Shown in pieces: positions 53,001 through 64,000 of a DNA stretch of 64,000 bases. Both the position numbers and the translations under genes were made by a program. Every line of letters starts with the position of its first letter. Position 1 is the first letter of the stretch. The stretch comes from Takakia lepidozioides (lineage: Eukaryota; Plantae; Bryophyta). The stretch is taken from positions 63,116,001 through 63,180,000 of the forward strand of contig CM060732.1 of assembly GCA_030704615.1 (NCBI GenBank). Reading direction: 5' to 3'. Under the pieces are notes generated by a model. The model saw nothing but the letters and a program-made list of their open reading frames with translations, was not told the DNA's origin and searched no databases.

Positions 53001-56000
53001 GCCGTGCTATGATCCCCCAGAATGCCGTCTTGCTTGTCCGCCTCCTTGATCGACAACTGGTGATATCCGGATCGTAAGTCCAAAGTGTTAAAGACCTTAG
53101 CATGTCCGATGGCATCAAAGATCTCCTCTGGTGTTGGCAGGACATACTTATCGGACTTGGTCTGATGATTTACAGGCCGGTAATCACCGCACATACGTCT
53201 CTCCGTCCAATTGCCATAGACATCCTTCTTGGCTGGCATCACTGTGGCTGAAGCATACTCTCCACCAGAGAGCTCCACCAAACCAGCCTCCCAGAGATCT
53301 TGAGTCCTCATCTGAATCAAAGACCTCTCCATGTCACTGTATCTATAGGGTCTCTCAAAAGATTGGCGTGTCAGTGGCCAACTCCAATACGATCTCTTGA
53401 CCCTTCAGTGCTCCCAAGTCCTTCAAACTGAAGGCAAAGCAATTCCTGTAAGCCCTCAGGAACCGCTGTATACGTCGTCTCTCTCCTCCGGTGACAATGG
53501 GTCCAATGTCAGGCTCCCAATTGTCCTCCGTAACTGCAACCTTAAGTCCAGGGCTTAGAGGTAGAGGACAAGTCCAGTGGTTGCTATTGCAACCTCTTGA
53601 GCAGTACTCCCTTCCTGCTCAGTCAATGACAAGGCCTCATCCTACCCCATCATCTCATCCTCGAGGACTTCCTCAACCCGAGAAAAATCCCTAACCTCAT
53701 CCATCACCGCCACCTTGGCTGCCAACTCCCTCTGAACCTCGAGCACCTCCCACGTGTGCCATGGATGCCTGCACCCCGTGGTCCTCTCATGCTCGCCCCT
53801 ACTCGTTGCCTGTACCGTCGCGGTAGGCAGGGAGACAGTCGAGGGAAGTGTACTCCGCACTTTGCGTTGCTCAGCCATAGCCAAGCTGATAATCCAGGTC
53901 AAGCAATTGAGATCCATTGCTTGCCCCAACACCTGACGACGTGATGCCTCAGAAAGAGACCACACCGCCGTGGTACCAGTGGTAAAACCCATTGCCCGCT
54001 CACACTTGTCAGCATTAGGCTCCACTAACTGCTGCAATTGAGCATCCCACATGAGGCCAGGTCCACTATCCCGGAAAACATGCGATCCTGGGAAGTTGAG
54101 CAGTGTTGGTAATGCTGCTCGTGGTTGACCCACCTTGTTGACCACTGCCAAAGGCGAACGGTCATCGTGTCTCACACGCTGAGACTACCTCCCTTTGTCC
54201 AAAATGCTATCCACTGTGAGGTGTGCTGGCCGCTGCACTCGCAATCCATGGCCATGCCCGGCTGATGAATATCCTTGGCAGGGCCAACCTTCCACTACCA
54301 GATCAATGGAGCCAACCCACTCCAAATCCTACGCCCCCGCCAGCAAAAAATGTCTGCTGGCAAGGCCTGCTGATATCCACGAACTGCAGACACCGACAAC
54401 AACTCAGGGTACTGTTGCACCAACTGAGCAACATGGCAAAATGAAATGCGTCGTGCAGTCTCATCCCTCTCCACATACAGGTAACGCCGAACTCGTACAC
54501 CTACCTGTAACACAAAAGCCAATCCGGTGCTGATCCCGCCAAACAAGTCTGCCTACATCCGGATACTGCCACACGATCGGTGTGGTGTCCAATGGTGACA
54601 ACTGAGGTGGTCCTGACTCCTCCTCTCCTGACGATACAAAAGCCTCTACCCAGGCTTGTTGCACCCGTCGATTAGCAACCCGCTGCAAATCCTTGCTCGA
54701 GCCCCACAATGGAGTATGAGCAACCATGGCAGGTAACTCCGCTATACCATGCATGTCATCCTGCTCTCCCGTAGGTGATACATCCTCTGAATGAGTGTTC
54801 CCATCCAACAACTCTCCAGGCCAAGTCACTGCAGCTGTGAATGCTGTTAGTGTCAGCATCTTGCCCCGCTGGGCAACCGCAACTCCTCCTATGAATGTCA
54901 CAGGGAGCTGCACACGTCGGCCCTCCCCTGACTGCCATCCAGGCCTATAGGAAGCTAACTCCTCCCAAAAATCCAGGGTGAAGCCCATGGGGTACAACAC
55001 TGCCCCACCAACCAAGACATCGTACGAGACCGCGTCTGTCACAATGGCCTTGGCTCGCATCACTGAGCCATCTGTAGGGTGATCCGGCCGTAGTCTGATA
55101 GCCAACTCACGCCGTGTCATGCCCCGAGTCTGCTCCGATCCTCCCAGAGACGTCTGTATCTGGAAAGGACAAGGCTCCATATCCGCCTCCGTGAGGCCCA
55201 AGCCTGCAATAGCAGCTCTGCCCAGCATCAATGGCTGAGCTCCCGAGTCCAACAAGACCCGCAGTGGCCGGTACCTCTTGCCTGCGGTCCACTCAAAGAA
55301 AATGCCATCCTGGTTGTCTAACATGACAACTCCAGGTGTCACCATGGCGCGCTCAATGGCTGGCCTAGCTGGCAGCTCCATCAACCTGGCAGCTGTAGCT
55401 TGCCATGGCGCCGCCGTGGCAGTCTTGACCCTCAAATCCGAGGATCCCTCCGGCACTACACCTCCCCTATCTCCGCAGAAGATGAAGTAACCTCCCACTC
55501 TCACAGAGTGTAGCTGCCAGCCTGAACACCTCAGCTGGTCTAACCCCCGGTGTCGCAATCATGGTAGCCGAGAACAATGGAGCCTGACACACAGATGTGG
55601 CCGCTCCCAGCAGCACACTAGCTGCCGTAGCCTTGGCAACACTAGGTAGTGGTGCTACCCGTGTAGCTCTCCCCAATGGCATAGTAACCTCCGCCTCGGT
55701 AACAGTCGGGCGAGAACTAGGTGCCATGGATGGCGTCGACACTGTCTCCGCCAATGTGAATGACTGAGGAAGCCTAGCCTGACGGCTTGCCTCCCCACGC
55801 TATGGATCCAACTCCACCTCTGCACCTCGTGGCTCAGGAACTCGTGCTGCTCCTCGAGTCACGGCTGCAGCAGACTCCACCTGCACTAGTGGTAGTGCTG
55901 CTCCGCACATGAATCCCATGCCTCCCATATCTCTCCCCTCAGGAGCAGGAGGTGGACCATCCGGCCTTGGAGCCGGTACCACCTGAGCTGTAGCCATGGC

Positions 56001-59000
56001 AGCGAGCCTCTGCTCTAGCTGCTGAAGCCGGTTGGCCATGCCTTGGTCAACACCCTGACCTCCGCGTCCTTGGCCATGTTGAGCTTGCCTTTGGCCTACA
56101 CCTCGTGCCTGGCCACCTCGTCCTCTCTGGGCTGCCCCACCTCGCCCCCAGCCACCATTGTTCCCTTGGAACTGGCCTGGGCGCAACTCAGGATGCAAAC
56201 CATAACACTGGGCCTCTCCATGCCCGTGCTTGCCACAATGCCCACACTGCAACTGTGCAGGCTGTGCATATGCCGGCCCTTTGCCTCCCTCTGGGCAATC
56301 CTTCTTGACATGGGTCCTCCACATGTCCAACACACCACCTCCGCCCGTTGTTGGCCTGCAAATGAAGGGAGAGACCCTGCATTTGAGGTCCTCTCTGCCT
56401 TCCCTGGGCTTCACCTGGGCCCCTTGTTGCCTTGAGCACGTTGAGGTAGTGGTTGGCTAGGAGCACCACTACCCGTGGTGTCTCCTTAGCAAAATCCCAC
56501 CATGACCACTCGTTCCTCCACCATGTTGAGCTCTATCCGCTCTGCCAGCAAAAACACATTTGCTAAGTGGGTTGGGCCGCTTGTAGGAGAGTTGCATCCC
56601 GCACCCTTCTCCTCAGCTCCTTGTCCAATATCCATACCAGAATTGGACTGCCTGAGCTTCCGTAACCCTTGGGTTACATTTATCAAGCGCCTCATGCGAG
56701 TGAAAGCCTCCCTCAAGCTCTCAGTAGGCTTCCGTTGGAACTCTTGCAAGCTCCACAACTTCTCTGTCCTCACCCCTTGGTAGTTCCCTCTCAACTCTTC
56801 GAAGAACTCCACAACAGGTTTGAAGGCAGGCACGATACTGTGCTGTGCGGTAGTGGCTTGGGTAGTCGTAGCTACTGGTACCACCAGTCTACTAGTCCCA
56901 CTGTTGCTTGCTGAAGCTGCCGGTGCAACGGGCAGGTGTAGCCACTGCCCGTGGCTCTAGCCCCTAAGTGATAGAGATATAGTTGGGTGACCAGTACATC
57001 CTCCACCCTCGATCTAACCTCATGCCCCCGCCTGAACTCATGGTAATCATCCATAGGCGGCCCTTCAGGTGCTGAAAAGCCCCTTCCATGCCATGAAAGG
57101 CGTTAAATAGTTGTGGATTGCGCATTTGCTGCAAATCACACCAACTATCAAACTCTTGGATTAAATCATCCAAACTCGATGGGCCCACCACCCCAGAGTA
57201 CCTTCGTGGCCCCTTGTAGCTCCATACATCTCCTCAATTGTGTCCCACAACAATGGAAGGAAACAACTTGCACCGCCGTGCGAGTCCTCCTGATTCACAA
57301 TCCGAATCAGAACCTTCCGTAGAAGACACCAGAGGGTGAAGGTGGCCTAAACCGCACACCTCGTCTCGTGTACCCATTAGTATCGCTAGTGCTCAAACCG
57401 GCACTGTCCCCAGCAACTAGTGGACCTCCGTGTTGACAAACTGACAATCAACCGGTCATGGAACATGTCCCTAACCCCCTCTCCACAAAGGTAACCGGGT
57501 AGTAGAGAACTTGTTGTGGCTTATGGTTTGGAATACTAGGTTCCTAACATAGCCTACACCTGCACCTACATCCACCGCAAGCCACCCCTATGGTTGGTGT
57601 GGTGCAGTCATCACCTCCAACCTCACCACAGGAGAAACAATGATGGTATGACTAGTCACACCCCAGCCTCACCATCGAAAGCATGCTCTAGGACTGGCGG
57701 TGATCAACTCGGACTAATCACCTATAAAAACAAGCGCCCACACAAAACTAAACATGGCGCACGGTCAAGCATGCAGGTATGGAGGGATCCAAACACAAAA
57801 AATCAGAACGACAACTCCCACTAACAAAAAAGAACTCAACGGTGTTGTGCTTATGCAAGGACACCCCAGCCCAAAACCTGGACTGACTCTTGTCTCCACT
57901 TACGGAAAGGTCTCGGCCTAATGGAGGAGGGTGAAAAAACTACGAGGAAAGAAGAAGCTAAAGCAATGCCCTACCCCAGCATACCTCATCCCAACACTCT
58001 TCCTCTCCTCTCTTCCTTACTTGCATGACCATGGGAATATCATGAAGATACTCCTTCAAACCATGAAGATACTCCTCAAAAACCGCCTCCACGAGTGTTC
58101 GAAATTCGGCCTTCAAGACCACATGCCATCCTTAGGCAGTCCACAGTGCCCCTCCAGAGTCAGCACAGGCCGTCCACAGGTCAATACGGGCCACCACAGA
58201 CCGGCCAAAGGCCCACACAGATCACTGTCACAGCAGTCACAGCCCCATAGAGGACCAGCCCCATAGAACTCACAGCCCCAAAAACCCAAGGTTCAGCCTG
58301 TCACAGCCACAGCCCCACAGGTACGGATCACAGCCCCCACAGGCCACAGCCTGTCACAGCCCTACACAGGTCACAAGGTCACAGCCACCTAGGCCAAAGC
58401 CTGTCACAGCCCTCACAACCCATTGCATCACCACTCTCACAGAGCCTAGCTGCTAGTCTGAATTACATCAGCTGGCCGAATCCCTGGCATTGCAATGTTT
58501 CATTGCAGAAAACAATGGCGGCTTGGCAAACAAGCCCACAGGCCACAAGTCACAGCCTGTCACAGCCCCTCAGGCCACAGGTCACAGTCTGTCACAGCCC
58601 TACAGAAGTCACAGGGGTCACAGGCATAAAGGCCACAGCCCGTCACAGCCCATCACAGCCCCACAGGCCACAGGGCACAGCCTGTCACAGCCCGTCACAG
58701 CCCCACAGGCCACATGACACAACCGGTCACAGCCCCATCCATGGCCACTCATGGCAGTTTAGCCATTTCTCCAAGAGGTTTAGCCACGCCAAGCTGTGAG
58801 GGAATCAACAAGGTATTCTTGCTCTCTTTATGGCCCACAACACACCAATAGTAGCTCTAATTCCAAAGGAAGATGTTTGCAACCGAAACTAAGTGCACAA
58901 GCTTCCTTTTAACTCACAAAACAACGCCATTGATCTCTATGGCGACTAACCAAACATGGCTGACTTCCAGCCCTTGTAGGCACTCATTCACGTGGTTTTC

Positions 59001-60558
59001 TTGACCATAACATGACCCTCGCACCTAATCCAACCCCTGCACCTGCTGCTTCAAGAGTTGTACTCCCTTCAAGCTTGAAGTTGAAACCCCAACTCACATA
59101 GGCCCTACAAAGTGCTTTTATTTCACCCCAAGTGGAAACCAGCCCTAGCCCTTCCGTTCTAGCTCTCTAAAGCTTGAAAACAAGAGCCTCAATGGGCTGA
59201 AGGCATGCTCCACACATGCCCCACTCTCACCATAAGAGAATCAGCTCCTTTGCTTCATTTCTTACACCCACAAACCTGAAAATAAAAGCTTCAGCGGGCT
59301 GAAAGCATGCTCCACACATGCCCTACAAGGAAACCAGCCCCTTCCTTCCTTTCTTGCACTCCCAAACCTGAAAGTACAAGCCTTCAATAGGCTGAAAGCA
59401 TGCTCCACACATGCATTGCCCTCACATAAGGGAAGTCAGCCCTTCCCTCTTCCTTGCTTGCCCTCCAAGCTTGAAGATGGAAGCTTCAATGAATTGAATA
59501 CATGCTTTACACATGCAACCTCTTCACACAAGAGGTATTAGCCCCCTATCTTGGCTCCTTGGCTCCTTGATGCTCTCTAAGACAAGACTAAGCACTCCAC
59601 AGCCTTTGCCAAGCTCCTGAAACCCTAAGGCTTACATTTCCAGCCACAAGATACTCCTCTTGTGGTGCAAGAGCTCTTCTTCCAAACTCTGAAACCCTAG
59701 GTGCATATTCCATGGCATTGCCGCACCTCTTAGCTCCTGTTCCAGCCCTGCTCTTGCCATGACAAGAGCCCTCTCAATGCTGTAGCTCGAGATTGAAACC
59801 CAATCTCAACATACTCCACAAAGTGCACTGATTTGCCCCAAGCCAAATCAGTCATTTCGCTTGGTCTTGCAATCCTTCACACAATGAAAGCTCGCATTCC
59901 CAAGTCCAGTTCTCAGCTTTGCCACCAAAGCCACTATAACCTGCTCTTGACTGGTCCTCTTCCCAATCGTGCTTGCTCATGCATGTACACAATCTGAAAC
60001 CATCAAGGTGCTCTGGAATTACCTGCAGCATGGTGCTTTCATCTCTGAAGCTGAAGATCGAATGCCAAGGTCTACCACCTCGTAACCCACATTGCCTCCG
60101 CTTCTAACAACCAAGGGCTCCATGGTGCTCCTTGCATAACAACCTGGTTTCTCTCATCCTCAAGCAAAAATCACAAGTGCTACAACTAACTCGTATCTGG
60201 CACTCACAGATACGAGCTCATCTTTCTCGAGTGATAAAGAAGAAGAATACAAGCACAAGCTCATGCGAGCTCACAAAGCTGAAGCTTAAACTCATGCATA
60301 TATAAACTCATCACTCAAATACAAGTCAAGCCAAGTGCACCCCACGCCATGGGGAATCCACACTACGGTGCCATAGCTAGGCGCGGTGAGGCTCAACTCG
60401 AGAAAGATGAGCCTCCCGCGCTTGCCGTGAAGATAACCACTCCAGGGCCTAAATCTGCCTTGACCCCTGGATTGACACTTGAGCCAATCCCAAATGTCAA
60501 TATGTAAAAGCTAGCTATTTCCTAGCTAGTTTCACACTAGTGGTAAAATAACTTGACA
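50007..60558 (-). mobile_element. DNMT3-carrying Gypsy-type retrotransposon copy 3, single-repeat form (A-ORF-B)
   Basis: Same TGTC..GACA ends; A 60232-60558, B 50007-50196; flanks GGTA / TGTA (3 of 4 match). Intact protease motif LLDSGA; ~270-bp deletion near 54238 removes DNMT motifs VI and VIII. Confidence 0.92.
58150..58750. repeat. TCACAGCC/CCACAGG short repeat array in the 5' leader of copy 3
   Basis: Repeated CACAGCCTGTCACAGCCC(C/T)CAGGC units. Confidence 0.75.
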
Positions 60559-61627
60559 TGTAGCCCATCTCTTCCAATTGGCTTGTATTCAATTCTGACG
60601 TATATATATATGTACAGACGCCTCTCGAAGGGAACGTAAATTATGGTGTCTCTTCACCACAAGGGCTATTGCCTTCCAACTGAAAGGTGGTCACCTTCAT
60701 GACACACCAGACGGTGGTTTGAACCCACAACCACGTCCAATGTGGTATGTGCCATTACCACTGGCCTACATGCTGATTGTCTCTGACATGTATGATGTAT
60801 AGGGTAAGTCCCCCAACCGAGGGTGTACCATGGCGTGAGGGGAGTAGTCCAAAGGCATAGTCGAGGCAGCACGACCTGAACGCTAAATGCTAAGGTGGGC
60901 CTGAGGGTGGGAACTTACCCTGTGTAAAGACATAGGGTTTCTTTTCAGAGTGGATGGCTGAGATCCCTAGAACTAAAATAAAACAAATGAAATTAGTAAA
61001 GAAAAGAGGACACCGTAACGTAAGATCCCACGGGACCTTACTTATGTCGTAAGATCCCTCGCCCTAGGGATCTTACGTGTAAGGTTCCCGCCCCACCGTC
61101 CGGGAGCTTACTTTTAGACTATTCTTGGGCCAAGTTCAGTCATTAAAATAATATAGTTATTGGGCCAAAGGTGGTTGTGTGTAAAGCCATTGGGACCAAA
61201 TGCAGGGCCCAAGAACCATGAACCCTAATCCTTATCCACTCTTGTCCTTCCACGACGAGCCACGTAAGCCCATGCAAAATACAAAGGAAATAGTTGAAGC
61301 GTTTTTTATGCATACCAGATGCCTATACCGTAGAGTCCTTCAATGTTCGGCGTTATTAATTCAAATTTTGTTTATCTGAAATATTCAGAAAAGTAATGAC
61401 CTCAGTGTTGAAGCGATAAAGAACTCCGCGTTAGGGATATCCTCTAGAGGATATACCCTAATTACCTCCCTAGAGGTAATTTAGATGTATGTGACCAACT
61501 TGTTAAAAAAGTTGCCGGACCTACTTTCTCTGAAATAATCAAATATTCGGCAGCAATGTGCCGGACATCGAAGGACTCTATGGTAGCCGGTTAGGCAATA
61601 AGGAAATCAGAACAGTAGCTACCACAC

Positions 61628-61860
61628 ATCGGCTGGTAGCTCAGCTGGTAAGTGCACAATGTGTCACCCTGGTGATTTGGGGTTCAAACCCGCTGCCCTG
61701 CCCCCTGTGTGGGATTGTTCCTGACGGTATGTCTGGGCATTGTTCGTCTTGTAGGTCTCCATGGCCCATAAATGAAAGGGGGTTAATCTTTCCCCCTCCT
61801 CAAGGGCCTGAATTGTGGGCTGTCGCTCCCAGGTTTCCTTTAAAAAAAAAGAAAAAAAAA
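61628..61860 (+). mobile_element. tRNA-derived SINE with poly(A) tail (same family as 18443-18770)
   Basis: Box A GGTAGCTCAGCTGG, box B GGGGTTCAAACCC; tail GGGCCTGAATTGTGGGCTGTCGCTCCCAGGTTTCCTTTAAAAAAAA. Confidence 0.75.
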
Positions 61861-61899
61861 GTTTCAGATTCAAAGTGCCTAATGCAACCCTGCTTTGGT

Positions 61900-62810
61900 G
61901 ACAATAGAACTATCTGTCATTAAAAACAATTGGCATCCCATGTGGCAATTAAATGTCCAACAATCTTCAGATGAACTTGGTTGTGGTGTGGCCAGTCACC
62001 ACACACCCCAAGGTTTTTAATAATGTGGACAGGTGTTCCAAGGGGTGTTCTGATGAGCCCCAAAAGCAATGGCTAACTTCTCAGTGCTCATTGTGATCGG
62101 AAAGAAAAAACTCCTCCTGCCCATCCTTCACATCATGCAGTACTAACTGTGTCGGTGAAGTACTACCCAGCCTCACTCATCTGAAAGACAATCTTCTCAG
62201 TTCAGCATGGATATCCTCAAGTTGTGGTACACTTTGTCATCTATGACAAATGTGTGAACCTGGTTGTCCATCTCAGTACAGCTCTTTCCTGGCTCCTTGT
62301 TCACACCTCTCTACTTCATTTTTCTAACCTTTGCTCGATCGTCCCACCTCTCAGTTGCGGCATACATGTTTGATAGCAGCACATAAGCTCCAGCGTGCTA
62401 TGACTTGGTCTTGCGAATGCTTTTTACCAAATGCTCTGTTATGCCATGAATTCTTCAAGCCCAAAGCAAGGCCCTCCACACCCCAGCATCTCCACTGCCT
62501 CATCCAATCGTCCTGAATGGCACCAGATGCTCCACTGTAGGACTAAGGCTAGGATCTCAACTCGTGGGATCAAATAGTGACGGCCTTCAGCCACTAGGCC
62601 TGCATGGCTGCATGCAGAGAGAAGAGATAGGAAAGTGATACCATGTGGCGTCAAGCATCCTGTCTCATTCAATATCTGCAGGGCCTCTTACCGCATCATG
62701 TCGGGCACATCTGGCGATCACTGCACTCAATGACACCACATTTCACTTAGTACTGTTGTCCAATACCTGATGTGCATCATTCATGCTCCCACATTTGTAT
62801 ACATGTCAGC
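61900..62810 (-). pseudogene. Heavily degraded PLS-class PPR-E/DYW pseudogene
   Basis: Fragments GITFLSLLSACSHAGLVAEG, GRLDEA, RGVNKEPG, an H.EKL remnant near 62075-62087 and VCGD near 61993-62007; many indels. Confidence 0.75.
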
Positions 62811-63501
62811 AATCGCAGTCTCCAAATTGATATGAAGAGTTTAGGAATGAGGAATAGGCAGAAAGAGTTATATCTCACTGTGGATCTTTGGAGGCTGTAT
62901 CTCCACTTGAGCGCCAACTCGAGTGGCAGTTTGTTTTGGCTGACATTGGTGCCAGACCCCAAAATCCTGGGGCAGAACAAAATTTCTAAGTCTCAGCTCC
63001 TTTGCAGTTTAGCGACTATGGCACACCAGTGACTGAGATGTTTTATGTTTAACAGTCTCCACAGTCTCCGTTGCCAAGGCATGGGTTGAGGAGGTCGAGT
63101 TGAAAAGAGAGCATGGGCTCTCTCCAGCCTGGCACAGTCATACGTAGAAGCTGTCAACATGAAGCAAGATACTGAGTGCTCCCGAATCCATCCAAGGATT
63201 ATTACCATCCCCTTGTGTCTTTCGGTACAGTCCTTTAGTGCCCAGCAGCACAGGATTTTTCTTCATGCCTTCTTTCCTTGAATCTGTGACCAGCTCTTTC
63301 ACCGCTGTACTTTCTCCACCATGTATGTGACTGCTACTGTTCAACAGCATATTTGGATTGTTATGACTACCATTGACAGCTCAGCAATTGTGAAGACTGA
63401 CTCTCACACCAACATGTAGTCATACGGCATAAATAACGAGAATCAGGAGAACTACCCTGGCTTCACGTCTTTAGTTACACACTTCATGGATGTTGCTTTT
63501 G

Positions 63502-64000
63502 TCACCAATAATCTCCACAAGAACAAACCCCGTCCTGGAAGTGATGAATCCGGTTCGCATCCCTTATGACAATTGCTCGACCAACAATCTTTGAGATGAA
63601 TTTGGTGGGAGTGTGGCAGTCACCACACACCCCAAGGTTCTTGATGACAAGGATACATCCCCTAGGGTGGGTGTTGATGAGCCCAGATGCAATTGTCAGC
63701 TTCTCACTGTGGTAGCAAAGAGTAAACTCCCTTTGTTCCACTTCGACATCATGCAATACAAAGCGGGTGTCAGGCACACACCCGGCCTCCTTCATCCGTC
63801 CAGATAGATTTGTCAGCTCCGCATGTATTTCTTCCTTGTGGGTGTGATTTGTCTTCTACAACAAATTCATGCATCCTATTGCCAACCTCAATGCAGCTAC
63901 ACCCCAACTCCTTTCTGATACCTCTGTCACTCATCATTTTCTTCACCTTTGCTTTATCATCCCACCTGCCAGCTGCACCATAAAGGTTCAAAAGCCGAAC
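63502..64000 (-). pseudogene. 3' end (E/E+/DYW) of a PPR RNA-editing factor gene, with a frameshift near 63835; continues beyond the window
   Basis: NLYGAAGRWDDKAKVKKMM..GIRKELGCSCIEV, then in a shifted frame MKEAGCVPDTRFVLHDVE..HSEKL..CGDCH..HHFQDGVCSCGDYW*. Confidence 0.85.

Overview
Eukaryotic land-plant genomic DNA (spliced genes, PPR-DYW genes; a non-seed plant such as a bryophyte is plausible but not provable here). It holds one intact 9-exon WDR44-like WD40 gene (minus strand, 5902-14463), two damaged PPR-E/DYW genes at the right end, and many transposon relics: Ty3/Gypsy RT fragment, CRE-like and other LINE fragments, tRNA-derived SINEs, MITEs, two non-autonomous Helitrons, a TTAA/CCCT piggyBac-like element and a decayed Crypton-type tyrosine recombinase. 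The main feature is three ~10.4-10.5 kb copies (21609-32120, 35968-46335, 50007-60558, all minus strand) of one Ty3/Gypsy-type family. Its polyprotein reads Gag(2 zinc knuckles)-protease-DNMT3-like cytosine methyltransferase-RT-RNaseH-DDE integrase-PHD finger. Copies 1 and 2 lack ordinary LTR pairs: they have split direct repeats (sense A1-ORF-B1-GC-A2-B2), TG..CA ends and perfect 4-bp TSDs. This is the layout expected if a 2-LTR circle were opened at an internal palindrome (GACA^GCTGTC) of the LTR and integrated. Copy 3 has the matching single-LTR form (A-ORF-B). The primer-binding site is complementary to the element's own LTR rather than to a tRNA 3' end, suggesting self-priming.
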